DNA of 64,000 bases, from contig CACZNC010000007.1 of the NCBI GenBank assembly GCA_902782445.1, forward strand, positions 12,292 to 76,291. The letters run 5' to 3'. The stretch comes from an uncultured Ruminococcus sp. (GTDB lineage Bacteria > Bacillota > Clostridia > Oscillospirales > CAG-272). Of this stretch, positions 1-8,870 are shown piece by piece; position 1 is the first letter of the stretch; every line of letters starts with the position of its first letter. The notes under the pieces are model-generated. The model was not told the DNA's origin. It worked only from the letters and a program-made list of their open reading frames with translations, and did no database searches. Made by a program: the position numbers and the translations under genes.

Positions 1-222
1 GGTTTTTCATCTTCTTCACCTTCATAAAACAGCATTGGATGATGGGAGGGATCGGGATTCCCGGAGGGGCAGACGCGTGGGGAATGCTGTCCCCCCTCCC
101 GGTCAAGCGCCCTCTTCCCTGCGATCTGTATGAACATGGGGAGCTCCGCCTCCGCAGCGGGAACTCCCCACACATTTGTTGACGCGCGCTTCCGCCGCGG
201 TCTAAAGGAATCCGACCCGCGT

Positions 223-747
223 TCACTCGATCCCGACGACGAGCGCGTTGAACGAGATGTATTTCGAATAGATCATGAGATCCTCGTGGACCATGATGCG
301 CTGATTGCCGTTCAGCAGGAACCCTTTTTCGGCGTCCTCCCGACCGGAGACTCTGAGGCTGATCACCACGTCCACCCTGTTTTCCTCTTCCCGGTGCTCG
401 GAGACCTTCACGAATTCGCCGTTATCCAGTTCGTACAGCTTCTCCGCGTCAACATTCGATTCGATCTTTCGGAAAGTTCCCAGAAGCTGGTCGTTCTGCG
501 CCAGATAGAAACGATAGTCCCCACCTTCGTCTTTCAGGTAGTTGTCCGCGGACGAGGCCCGGATGTCCTGAATGAGCAGATACAGGACGTGGTCGGAGTT
601 TTCGGAGACAACGGTTTCCTCAACCGGAGCCGGATGAAGAAAGCTCTTCGCGTAGCGGTATCCGATGAACCCCACCGCCGCGAGAAGGAAGAAGAGGATG
701 AGGTAGTCGAGAATATTGAATCTTTTCGGTTTTACGTTTTCGTCCAT
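223..747 (-). CDS. DUF4330-like membrane-anchored hypothetical protein
   Basis: ORF 223..792(-). Start moved to ATG 747, preceded by AAGGAGG with a 9-nt spacer. N-terminus KPKRFNILDYLILFFLLAAVGFIGY is a single TM helix, as in DUF4330-type proteins. The overlapping 130..933(+) ORF is judged antisense artefact. Confidence 0.6.
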   Translation of the reverse strand: MDENVKPKRFNILDYLILFFLLAAVGFIGYRYAKSFLHPAPVEETVVSENSDHVLYLLIQDIRASSADNYLKDEGGDYRFYLAQNDQLLGTFRKIESNVDAEKLYELDNGEFVKVSEHREEENRVDVVISLRVSGREDAEKGFLLNGNQRIMVHEDLMIYSKYISFNALVVGIE

Positions 748-827
748 GGGCGGCGGCCTCCTTTCCAGAGCGTTCTGATCGGACGGGATCATCCGGAAAT
801 CAAACGCTCCCGGACTGCGGTGTTTTC

Positions 828-856
828 ATTTTACCAGAAAACCGGACAAAATGCAA
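828..856 (-). promoter_or_regulatory. sigma-A type promoter (TTGCAT-17-TAAAAT, TGg extended -10)
   Basis: Reverse complement reads TTGCAT (851-856), a 17-nt spacer ending TGg, then TAAAAT (828-833). It lies upstream of the DUF4330-like gene. Confidence 0.55.
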
Positions 857-918
857 GACGGGGGAGGATTTTTCTCTGTCCTGAAGAGAATTTTCCCGGG
901 CTGAGAGAAAACAAAGAG

Positions 919-2619
919 TTACCGGTCCTGTGACAGCTCGTACAGCCAGCCGGTGACATGACCGTCATTCTCGTATTCAAACCAGCCGCAAAGCCTGCCG
1001 TACCTGACGACAATATCCCGGAAGACAAAATGATCGACGGAACTGTCCCGATCCGTGGGGATCATGGTATCCCGGAAAACAGGAAATGCCTCGGTCCTCA
1101 GCTCGTCCGGATCGACACCCAGCGCAGAAAGAATCTCGCTCTGCGTCAAAAGCAAATCTTTTTTGAGATCCAGCGCGACACTTTCGAAGCGGGGAACCGG
1201 GATATAGGTGGACGGATGCAGGAGGTATTCCGTGATGAACAGAATCCCATTATATTCTACCCATTCTGTGTCGATATGTAAAACCCAGTTGTCACCCCAC
1301 TCCGGCGTGGGATGTTCGTAATCACGGAAGCCGTTCAAGTACTTCTCCCGCTCGTCGAAACCGGCTTTCAGCGCTTTGTTGATTTCTTCCTTGCAGTGGG
1401 AGTCTCCCTCAAATTCATACAGGTCGATCTCCCGCTTGAATAAACCGTCCGAGACGGATTCCGTGATTTTCGGCGTCATGCGGTAAGCAGTCCGCCAAGT
1501 AACCTCACATCCTTCCGGGAACTGCATGGTGACGGCGACAGCGGATACCGAACGGAATTGCCGATCATAATCCTCTTGAGTTCCGGGGGTGTACTGTACA
1601 TCGCTCGGGAAGTGCAGAGTGATGTCATAGGTCTTCCCGTCCGGATACGTTACCTCAGCAATTTCTGTAGCCGGCGTCGGCCATATGCCCACCCTGCTGA
1701 TTTCGCGGGGACGGACTCCGATGATGCCGAGGAATCCGTTGCCTTCATGCAGTTTTCTTTCCGCGCCGCAGACAAAGGATAACGTGAAGACATCCTCATC
1801 TTCCCCGCTGCCGAATCCGGGCTGCATCAGCACTTCGTCTTCCCACCAGTCGGGGAGGGTCAGCGTGAACCAGCCGTCGGGAGCGGTATAGGTCGTCTCG
1901 AAATGCCGGTATTGCTCCGTCAGGCTGAATGTTCTGCGCAGGGAGGGATCGAGGATGCGGGCGGCAATGGCGGCGGCTTCACAGCGTCGGATCCACGCAT
2001 CGGGCAGGAATGAACCCTTTCCGTCGTTCCCTGTGAGGATCCCCGCGCGGTACAGGCGGTAGATCCCCGCAGTCAGCGCATCTTCCTTGAGATCGGGAAC
2101 GGCGTCTTCTTTGACTTCATTGATTTCTGCCGCCTGATCGCCGACCGCCTTCGCAAGCAGATCGGCGTAATATCTGCGAATGACCAGTGTCGCAGGCATG
2201 ACGAAGAATTCTCCGAGATATTCCTCCGCATACAGGATGTACGTCCGGTACCATGGTTCAGGCACCGCGTTCTCCGGTACTTTCTGTTCTTTTTGGAGGT
2301 TTTCGAGATAGTGATCAGCCGCGTCCGGAGAGCCGGTGGTCAGGATGGAATGAACGCGGGCGGCGATGGTGACAGCTTCCGCGCGGGTGATCAGCCCGTC
2401 AGGGTCGAATACGCTGTCCCCTCTGCCGATCATCAGTCCGGCTTTCGATACGGTTTCGACAGAATCATGGAACCAGTCCTCGGGCGATACGTCTGTAAAG
2501 GTCGGGGCTTCCACGTCGGTTGTGGAATTTGCGGTACCGCCGTCTGCACCGAAAACGCTTCCGGGCAGGATCGCGACGGACAAAAGGACCGCTGTCATCA
2601 GGGAAATGAAACGCTTCAT
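919..2619 (-). CDS. Secreted S-layer-homology (SLH) domain protein with uncharacterised C-terminal region
   Basis: ORF 919..2676(-). Start set to ATG 2619 (GGGAGG RBS, 6-nt spacer), giving signal peptide MKRFISLMTAVLLSVAILPGSVFGA. SLH-like repeats are present (FTDVSPEDWFHDSVETVSKAGLMIGRGDSVFDPDGLITRAEAVTIAARV; a second is around YRAGILTGNDGKGSFLPDAWIRRCEAAAIAARIL). Confidence 0.75.
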   Translation of the reverse strand: MKRFISLMTAVLLSVAILPGSVFGADGGTANSTTDVEAPTFTDVSPEDWFHDSVETVSKAGLMIGRGDSVFDPDGLITRAEAVTIAARVHSILTTGSPDAADHYLENLQKEQKVPENAVPEPWYRTYILYAEEYLGEFFVMPATLVIRRYYADLLAKAVGDQAAEINEVKEDAVPDLKEDALTAGIYRLYRAGILTGNDGKGSFLPDAWIRRCEAAAIAARILDPSLRRTFSLTEQYRHFETTYTAPDGWFTLTLPDWWEDEVLMQPGFGSGEDEDVFTLSFVCGAERKLHEGNGFLGIIGVRPREISRVGIWPTPATEIAEVTYPDGKTYDITLHFPSDVQYTPGTQEDYDRQFRSVSAVAVTMQFPEGCEVTWRTAYRMTPKITESVSDGLFKREIDLYEFEGDSHCKEEINKALKAGFDEREKYLNGFRDYEHPTPEWGDNWVLHIDTEWVEYNGILFITEYLLHPSTYIPVPRFESVALDLKKDLLLTQSEILSALGVDPDELRTEAFPVFRDTMIPTDRDSSVDHFVFRDIVVRYGRLCGWFEYENDGHVTGWLYELSQDR

Positions 2620-2652
2620 GAGGCGCCTCCCGTAAAAAACTGAGTTTAGTCT

Positions 2653-2681
2653 ATGATACCATATTCTGCTCGTCAAATCAA
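2653..2681 (-). promoter_or_regulatory. sigma-A type promoter (TTGATT-17-TATCAT, TGg extended -10)
   Basis: Reverse complement of 2676-2681 is TTGATT and of 2653-2658 is TATCAT, with a 17-nt spacer. About 35 nt upstream of the SLH protein start. Confidence 0.6.
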
Positions 2682-2781
2682 GAGTAATCCTTTACAAATT
2701 TCTGAAAATTTCTTTGATTGTGTTCACGCAGATCGGAAACCGGTTCTTTGCAGGCAGAGGGGCGTACCCCTGCACTCCGTT

Positions 2782-2815
2782 GAAAATGCCCGTACCGAAC
2801 TCAGCCGATACGGGC
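2782..2815 (-). terminator. Rho-independent terminator candidate after the XRE regulator gene
   Basis: On the minus strand: GCCCGTA-(14 nt)-TACGGGC stem followed by ATTTTC. Confidence 0.45.
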
Positions 2816-2881
2816 GATCACATTTTTTCCCGGCCCCTTCATGCACTTGTCAGAGGCGGGAGAACGGTTGCTTCCAATATT

Positions 2882-3415
2882 TCACCGGATCCCGTACTGC
2901 GCGGCAAATTCGGTGACTTTTTTGACCCAGTGGTCGAAGGTGAAGCTGCGGCGGATATCGGTGACGTCGACATAGGCGCCGTTCATCATGAGCTGGACCG
3001 CGGCCTCGGCGATCATGGCCTCCCGGGAGAAGGGATCGGAGAGGTATTTTTCAAGCTCGATGTTCATTTTCCGATCCACCCCTTCGATGGCTCCGAGGTA
3101 GAAAAAACTGTCCTTTCCGAGCAATTCCCCGATGCGTTCGAAGCAGGCGATCCCCTCCGCGACTTCGGCGATGGTGACCCGGCGTTTGTATTTCGTGACG
3201 ATCTCTCCCCCGCGGAGAAGATTGTCCACGGAGGTCTCGAGCACGGCGGCAAGGTCGGGCAGGATGGCGGTGTCGGGAAGGGATTCTCCTCTCTCCCATT
3301 TCGAAACGGTCTGAAACGCGACGTTCAGGCGTTCGGCGAGGTCGTTCTGGGTGATTTCCTTGGTTTTGCGCAGGGAACGGATCTGTTCCCCGACTTTTGC
3401 GGGATCTGCGGGCAT
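2882..3415 (-). CDS. XRE-family helix-turn-helix transcriptional regulator with uncharacterised C-terminal domain
   Basis: N-terminus GEQIRSLRKTKEITQNDLAERLNVAFQTVSKWERGESLPDTAILPDLAAVLETSVDNLL is a classic Cro/C1 HTH. AGGAGG lies 8 nt before the ATG. Confidence 0.85.
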   Translation of the reverse strand: MPADPAKVGEQIRSLRKTKEITQNDLAERLNVAFQTVSKWERGESLPDTAILPDLAAVLETSVDNLLRGGEIVTKYKRRVTIAEVAEGIACFERIGELLGKDSFFYLGAIEGVDRKMNIELEKYLSDPFSREAMIAEAAVQLMMNGAYVDVTDIRRSFTFDHWVKKVTEFAAQYGIR

Positions 3416-3474
3416 GGCGGTGTCCTCCTGTTGTTCTGAATTCGAAGATCCGGCGCCGTTCTCTTCTGAATCCC

Positions 3475-3503
3475 ATTATACAGCAGTCCGACTCCGGGCG
3501 CAA
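3475..3503 (-). promoter_or_regulatory. sigma-A type promoter (TTGCGC-17-TATAAT)
   Basis: Reverse complement: TTGCGC (3498-3503), 17-nt spacer, TATAAT (3475-3480). The -35 lies inside repeat copy A. Confidence 0.5.
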
Positions 3504-3619
3504 TAACGGCTTGCGGGAATCCGGGACGGAAGAAATCCCGCGGGAACGCTCAGGACTTCCGGCTGGTCGACAGCGCCGCTGCGGATTCTCCCGTACAGGG
3601 TCCGCCCTGCCCCGCCCGC
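3494..3619 (-). repeat. Copy A of a ~130-nt direct repeat (gene-less copy of the URO-D-like gene 3' end plus its terminator hairpin)
   Basis: Aligns by eye at roughly 80% identity with 5868..5998. Long identical runs include aacggc.tgcggg.atccgggacgg, ggaacgctcagga.ttccgg and ccgtacaggg.ccgccctgccc.gcccgc. It begins 7 nt after the anti-sigma stop codon. Confidence 0.8.
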
Positions 3620-3626
3620 GGGCTGC

Positions 3627-5192
3627 TCACGGGATCTGTTCGAGATACCGCCGCATGACGTTTTCGGAGGCTATGCCGTTCTCTGCGCACCATTCCTCGA
3701 TCCGGCGGATGTGCTGTTCCAGTATCTCTTCCGGGATGACGTTTTCGAGCGTTCCCTCTCTCTGCATCCTCACAAGATCGTTCCAGGCGTACACCGTCCC
3801 GCCGTATTCGAGCGCGGTCGGGCTTTTCAGCGCGCCTCTCGCTTCTTCCTCGGGCAGGTAAAGAGCGTGGATCTCCTGCTCCGTCAAAATATTTCCTCCG
3901 TCGCCGTTCTGTTCCCGCCAGCGGTTCAGCGCGGAGAAATCCTCTTCCGAAATGCCAAGCTCATGGACCGCCTGATACAGCGTCGGCATCCTGTTCTGCT
4001 CCCCGGTCGGACGGGACGCGTACTCCGATCCCCATGCCGCGAGGACTTCGGGATCGACGACGGACGGTTCTCCCGCGTAGAGCGTATCCATACAGGCAAT
4101 GTCATAGGTATAGTCCAGCCACTGTCTGGATAACGTCATGTCCCCGCCGCCCACCGCTTCCGTCAGCGGATCGGGAACGGACAGAATCACCTCGGGATAA
4201 CGCGCCTCCGGAGGTTCGCCGCCGCCCGTACCGAATACGGTCTGCGCGTCCGCGTCATACAGGACATAATAGGAGACAGGCTCGGGGTCGGCGAGATAGC
4301 GCGCCATATCGTCGAGGGTGACGATACCGCTTTCGCCGCAGTACCGGATCACCTTGTCGATGTGCTCCTGCACGATCTCCGCCGGGATGCTTTCAAAAAG
4401 CGTCCCCTCCTTGCGCATGGTCATGATCTCGCTCCACGAATACACCTTGCCGTCAAAAAGCAGGGCGGAGGGCTGTTTCAACCCGCGGACCGCCTCGTCT
4501 TCCGGCCAGTAAAACCGGTCGATCATCTCGTCCGTGCATGAAATCACGATCCCGGCCGCCTTCCCCCTCGCAAGGATCGCCTGAAAGTCTTCTTTCGGGA
4601 TGTTCAATTCCCGCGCGATCCGATAGAGCGGCGGAAGAGGTTCGCCCTCGCTTTCGTTCTGTTCAAAAACCGCCATCACTTCCTCGGGGTCGAACGGCAG
4701 TCCCTCCTCCGGCACCCAGCCCGTCAGCCAGCCGATCATGGACGCGCCTTCCTGCCATTTCATGAGAAAATCGCGCCGGATATCGCAGAGCTGCCCGTGC
4801 TCGATGAGAGCCGCCGTCACCTGATCGAGACGGAGGGTCAGTTCGTCCTCGGTGAGCGGTTCGTCCCGCATGTCGCTGACCGGCGCGCCTTCCTCCGTCG
4901 GGAGGGGCGGGGTTTCTTCGGGTTCCGCATGGTCCGCCGCCGGGACTTTTGCGATGGCCCGCCGGAGTATGGGCAGCCCGAGTACGGCGACGCCGACCGT
5001 AAGAATTGCCGCCGCCAGGAGAGCCAGCGTCTTGAATGGGATCCTCTTACCGCCTTTTTCCCGCCGGATCCGTCTCCGCACCCGCTTATCGAGCGACGCG
5101 GAAACCGGGACCCTTTTTCCGATCTCTTTCAGGTTTTCTTCTCTGAACCGCAGGGCGGCTGCTCTCAGCAGTTCGGTTTCCGTCATTTTCAT
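3627..5192 (-). CDS. Putative membrane-anchored anti-sigma factor (single TM, internally duplicated extracytoplasmic domain of unknown family)
   Basis: ATGA overlap with the upstream ECF sigma gene. It has a short cytoplasmic N-terminus and a TM helix (FKTLALLAAAILTVGVAVLGLPIL). Two ~112-aa homologous segments span aa 188-300 and 403-519. Confidence 0.65.
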   Translation of the reverse strand: MKMTETELLRAAALRFREENLKEIGKRVPVSASLDKRVRRRIRREKGGKRIPFKTLALLAAAILTVGVAVLGLPILRRAIAKVPAADHAEPEETPPLPTEEGAPVSDMRDEPLTEDELTLRLDQVTAALIEHGQLCDIRRDFLMKWQEGASMIGWLTGWVPEEGLPFDPEEVMAVFEQNESEGEPLPPLYRIARELNIPKEDFQAILARGKAAGIVISCTDEMIDRFYWPEDEAVRGLKQPSALLFDGKVYSWSEIMTMRKEGTLFESIPAEIVQEHIDKVIRYCGESGIVTLDDMARYLADPEPVSYYVLYDADAQTVFGTGGGEPPEARYPEVILSVPDPLTEAVGGGDMTLSRQWLDYTYDIACMDTLYAGEPSVVDPEVLAAWGSEYASRPTGEQNRMPTLYQAVHELGISEEDFSALNRWREQNGDGGNILTEQEIHALYLPEEEARGALKSPTALEYGGTVYAWNDLVRMQREGTLENVIPEEILEQHIRRIEEWCAENGIASENVMRRYLEQIP

Positions 5193-5755
5193 CCTCGCAC
5201 ACCTCCGAGCAGTTCCCTGAGCTTCTTCCGGGCGCGGAACAGCCTGCCCTTCACCTGACTCACCGGGATCCCGAGAATATCGGCGATCTCTTCGTAACTG
5301 TACTCTTCCAGATAGAAGAGCGTCACCGCGTCCTTCGTCATCCGGGGAAGAAGGGACAGCGCGTTCTGCACCGTCTCCCGAAGCTCCCGCTCCACAACGA
5401 TCTCCTCCGGCGGAAGCGCATCGTCCTCCGGTTCGGGCGCGTCCTCGGGCATCAGGATCTCGTGACCGCTCACGCGCTTTCTCCGGCGGTAGGCGTCGAT
5501 GGCGGTATTCCTCGCAATGGCCCGGATGTAGATCACGATCTGGTTCTTCACCGAATCCTCGTCCCGGTCTTTGAATTTATCGAGGTGGGACATGATGCGC
5601 ACGACCGTCTCCTCCACCGCGTCCTCCGCGTCTTCCCGGTTTTCGAGCACATCCAGCGCGACCGCGGCCATCATTTCCCCGTACCTCTCCCAGAGCCCGA
5701 GCACAAGATCGCGCTCCTCCGCGTCAAGCTCCGCGAGCATGGCAATAATCAGCAT
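5189..5755 (-). CDS. RNA polymerase ECF-type sigma-70 family factor
   Basis: Region 2-like EDAEDAVEETVVRIMSHLDKF and region 4 HTH LFYLEEYSYEEIADILGIPVSQVKGRLFRARKKL. GGAGG lies 6 nt before the ATG. Confidence 0.85.
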   Translation of the reverse strand: MLIIAMLAELDAEERDLVLGLWERYGEMMAAVALDVLENREDAEDAVEETVVRIMSHLDKFKDRDEDSVKNQIVIYIRAIARNTAIDAYRRRKRVSGHEILMPEDAPEPEDDALPPEEIVVERELRETVQNALSLLPRMTKDAVTLFYLEEYSYEEIADILGIPVSQVKGRLFRARKKLRELLGGVRG

Positions 5756-5780
5756 GATCCGCCTCCTTTCTTTGTCCTCA

Positions 5781-5804
5781 CCCTCTATAACGAAAGGAAC
5801 GGGG
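5781..5804 (-). promoter_or_regulatory. Candidate ECF-type autoregulatory promoter (GAAC-N17-CGT)
   Basis: Reverse complement reads GAACtt-(17 nt between GAAC and CGT)-CGTTAT, about 26 nt upstream of the sigma start codon. Motif match only. Confidence 0.3.
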
Positions 5805-5867
5805 GAAAAGTTCGCCGTCTTCGGTCAAATTAACGTTTTATTCACATTCGGTCGGGAAAAATCCGTC

Positions 5868-5998
5868 CCGGACGCAAAACGGCCTGCGGGGATCCGGGAC
5901 GGGATTCGGTCCCGCAGGAACGCTCAGGATTTCCGGTAGGCAGACAACGCCGCGCCGCTGTGGACCCTTCCGTACAGGGGCCGCCCTGCCCTGCCCGC
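5868..5998 (-). repeat. Copy B of the ~130-nt direct repeat (last 25 codons of the URO-D-like gene plus downstream hairpin)
   Basis: See copy A. Positions 5924-5998 encode AGRAGRPLYGRVHSGAALSAYRKS-stop. Positions 5868-5923 contain a CCTGCGGG...CCCGCAGG hairpin followed by a T-run on the minus strand. Confidence 0.8.
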
Positions 5999-7000
5999 CC
6001 GTTCGATCTCTGCCGCCGGCATCCCGATGATGATCTTCTCCCGGTCCACCGTCGCGCGGTAGATCTTCTCCATGTCGTTCAGCTCCGGCTGGGAGAGGTT
6101 GATCCCGTAAACGCCCTCCAGTTCGCAGGCCGCGCCAACGTAGTGGTCCCCCCGGCCGCAGAAGTGCATGCACCCGCCGAGAGCCCGGAACACCTCCGCG
6201 TCGTACTTCATGGCGAATTCGCGGTACATATCCTCCGAAAGGTTGACGATCGCGTCGTTGCGGAGCACGGTGAGGCCCCGGTGGAGAAGGCCCCATTCGA
6301 CGGAAAAGCCCCTACCGTAAGGCGGAAAACGCTCCTGCCACCGCCTCGTATAGTCGAGATAGACCTCCGTCATGAAGCCGAGAGCCTCGTGCACCAGTTC
6401 CGGCTCGTCGTAGAGCGCATAGTAGAGTTCGCTTCCCGCGATGGCGTCGACGAGGGCGAAGGGCCCCTGCAGATCGGGATTATACAGGTGCACATACCGG
6501 CGGATCTTCGGATAGCGGGCGGAGATCCCGGCCCAGCGTTCGCCGAATCCGAACACCATCGGAGCGAGACCCGTCCCATAATCGAGCCGCCGCTCTCCCG
6601 TCACCCTGCGAAGCCCCTCCACGCCGTCGTCGAGATGCCTCGCGCCTGGAAGGGTGTCCGCGGAATCCGGAAGATAAAACACCTCCGTCCCGAACATCGA
6701 GGGGATGATCGCCGTCCCGTAATTGGCACGCACGCAGAGGAGCAGTCCACTGCCGCTCGCCAGCATGTCCGACACCGTTTTCAGCTGGGTGTAGGCCATC
6801 AGCTCCGGGTCCCGGAACGCTTCGTTGATCGGCACCTTCGGCCATTCGATCCCGGGAGGGGAGGGCCTGCGGCGGGGGGAGAAAAACTCTTCCCGGCAGT
6901 TCAGAAGGCAGAAGTTTTCCCAATCCTCCGCGATCCGTTCCTCCTCCTCCGGGTCGATCCGGGCCTCCACGTCCTCGAAGTATGCACGGAGTTCTCTCAC
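5924..7000 (-). CDS. Uroporphyrinogen decarboxylase (URO-D/MtaA-CmuA-like) family protein, function unknown
   Basis: 358 aa with a GTG start forming a GTGA overlap with the upstream gene. The family call rests on overall pattern (NYGTAIIPSMFG, LQGPFALVDAIAGSELYY, HFCGRGDHY with an HxCG-like motif). It is not HemE-like at the N-terminus. Confidence 0.55.
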   Translation of the reverse strand: MRELRAYFEDVEARIDPEEEERIAEDWENFCLLNCREEFFSPRRRPSPPGIEWPKVPINEAFRDPELMAYTQLKTVSDMLASGSGLLLCVRANYGTAIIPSMFGTEVFYLPDSADTLPGARHLDDGVEGLRRVTGERRLDYGTGLAPMVFGFGERWAGISARYPKIRRYVHLYNPDLQGPFALVDAIAGSELYYALYDEPELVHEALGFMTEVYLDYTRRWQERFPPYGRGFSVEWGLLHRGLTVLRNDAIVNLSEDMYREFAMKYDAEVFRALGGCMHFCGRGDHYVGAACELEGVYGINLSQPELNDMEKIYRATVDREKIIIGMPAAEIERAGRAGRPLYGRVHSGAALSAYRKS

Positions 7001-8007
7001 AGCCAGACCTCCTGTCCGAGGCGCGAGGAAAGGCGGGCGGCGTCGAGGATCCGGGAGAGCCTCAGCGCTTCTTCCAGCGGGACGAAATACGCCTCCTCGT
7101 CTCTGAGGACCTTCGCGATATGGGGATAGATCTCATATTCGTCGCCGTAGATCTGCCCGGTGATCTTCTCGGCGGATTCCGTGATGACGGTGTTCGTGCG
7201 GTATTCTTCCGCTCCGACGCGTTCCGGCAGTTCGGCCCGGAAGATGCGCGCGGTGTCCCCCTCCACAAGGATCGTCCCCCGGTCGCCCTGAATCACCCAT
7301 GCCGGATAGGGTCCCGCGGCAATCAGAAATTCGGACACCACGGTCACGCCGTCGCCGGTATGGCAGATCACCCGGAGATTGTCCTCGCCGTCGCCCGGGT
7401 TGACGATCTGCCTTAAATTCCCGTACACCCGCGTGACGGGGGACTTCACAAGCTGCAGGGGCTGATCGATCAGGTGGGGACCCCAGTTGAGAAGGTAGCC
7501 TCCTCCGTATCTGCTCTCGGTCTGCCAGTCGCACCGCAGGCCGAAGGTGGTGACGCTCCGCCGGATCTCAAACACCCGGCCGATATCCCCCCGTTCGACG
7601 ATCTCCCGCAGTTTCAACAGATCCGTTCCGAAGCGGGCGGGGAGCCAGGGGAGGAGCTTTTTTCCCGTCACCTGCCGGGCGGCGATCATGCGTTCCGCAT
7701 CCCGGGCATTGGTCGCCCAGGGTTTCGTCACGAGCACGTCGGATCCCGCCATGAGGCTGTCGATCGCCATCTGCGCGTGCTGATGCGAGCGGGTGACGAT
7801 CACGGTGAAGTCCGGCCGGATCTCTTCGAGCATTTTATGATAATCGTCGTAGACGGGGCACGAAAACCGCGCTTTCGCCTTCTCCTTCGCCGCGGGGTCG
7901 ATATCGCAGACGGCGGCGACTTCAAAGTCGTTCTGATACCGTTCGAGGGGCCCCGCGTGCATGGTGCTCCCGTTGCGGCCGTAGCCGATGATTGCGGTTC
8001 GGATCAT
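6997..8007 (-). CDS. Gfo/Idh/MocA family NAD(P)-dependent oxidoreductase
   Basis: ORF 6997..8244(-). Start reset to ATG 8007, preceded by AAAGGAGAG. N-terminal Rossmann motif MIRTAIIGYGRNGSTMHAG. The longer N-terminus would overlap the upstream gene. Confidence 0.85.
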   Translation of the reverse strand: MIRTAIIGYGRNGSTMHAGPLERYQNDFEVAAVCDIDPAAKEKAKARFSCPVYDDYHKMLEEIRPDFTVIVTRSHQHAQMAIDSLMAGSDVLVTKPWATNARDAERMIAARQVTGKKLLPWLPARFGTDLLKLREIVERGDIGRVFEIRRSVTTFGLRCDWQTESRYGGGYLLNWGPHLIDQPLQLVKSPVTRVYGNLRQIVNPGDGEDNLRVICHTGDGVTVVSEFLIAAGPYPAWVIQGDRGTILVEGDTARIFRAELPERVGAEEYRTNTVITESAEKITGQIYGDEYEIYPHIAKVLRDEEAYFVPLEEALRLSRILDAARLSSRLGQEVWL

Positions 8008-8029
8008 CTTCTTCTCTCCTTTCATACGC

Positions 8030-8830
8030 TCAGCGGACGCCCGCTTCTCTTTCATACCGGCGCATGGTTTCGCGTTCCCCCGCGAGATACCCGGGGCGGT
8101 CCCAGTTGATCCACTCGCCGCTGAGCCAGCCGTCGTAACGGATCGAGGCGAGCTCTTCGAGGGCCAGCCGGTGGTCGATGACGTTCCCTTCGATCGGCAG
8201 GAACCGGACCCCTCCCTCGTAGGTGCCGCCGTGGATGTGGACATGAGAGATGTACGGTTTCAGCCAGCCGAAGGTCTCGCGCATATCGGCATGGGCGGCG
8301 AGCAGGGGGTGCATCAGATCCCAGTTGACCCCGACATGGGTTCCGCGGCAGAGGCGCATCACGGCGGCGACATGCTCCGGCTCGCACCAGCTGTCGTGGG
8401 TCTCCATGCAGAGGCAGATATCCGCCGATCCGATCTCATCCGAAAGATCGTCGAGGGCCCGGGCCGTTTCCTCGATGGCCTCCCGGCGCGTGCATCCCTC
8501 GTCGATGGGGCCGCCGAAGACCCGGATGCGCGGGATGCCGAGGTCGGCGCAGAGTTCGATCGCTCGCCTTGCGGCATCCATATTTTCCGGGCGGGCGCGG
8601 CGTCCGGACAGCTTCACGGAGGTGGCGAGACAGCACAGAGCGATCTGCTTTTCCTCCGCCAGTTTCCGGGCTTCCCGGCGTTCTTCCGGGGTCATGCTCG
8701 TCTCGATCCCGTGGGCGTGTCCCGCGTCGGTCCGGGGTTCAAAGCCGGAATAGCCGCTCGCTTTCACAAGGTCGAGGGCTTCGGCGAGGGTCGCTTTCGG
8801 GCAGGAAAAGCTCATAAAGGCGTAGTTCAT
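8030..8830 (-). CDS. Sugar phosphate isomerase/epimerase (xylose isomerase-like TIM barrel) family protein
   Basis: ORF 8030..8899(-). Start reset to ATG 8830 (GAGAGGAAGGG upstream). Typical pattern MNYAFMSFSCP...ASGYSGFE...CLCMETH...HVHIHG. Confidence 0.7.
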   Translation of the reverse strand: MNYAFMSFSCPKATLAEALDLVKASGYSGFEPRTDAGHAHGIETSMTPEERREARKLAEEKQIALCCLATSVKLSGRRARPENMDAARRAIELCADLGIPRIRVFGGPIDEGCTRREAIEETARALDDLSDEIGSADICLCMETHDSWCEPEHVAAVMRLCRGTHVGVNWDLMHPLLAAHADMRETFGWLKPYISHVHIHGGTYEGGVRFLPIEGNVIDHRLALEELASIRYDGWLSGEWINWDRPGYLAGERETMRRYEREAGVR

Positions 8831-8870
8831 TCTGTTCCCTTCCTCTCGGGCATTCGGTATTTCTCCTCTG

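Noticed and set aside
130-933. 267-aa plus-strand ORF at the left edge
   Set aside because: It overlaps the DUF4330-like gene on the opposite strand, which has a strong RBS, a promoter and a sensible TM helix. The plus-strand product has no motif or RBS.
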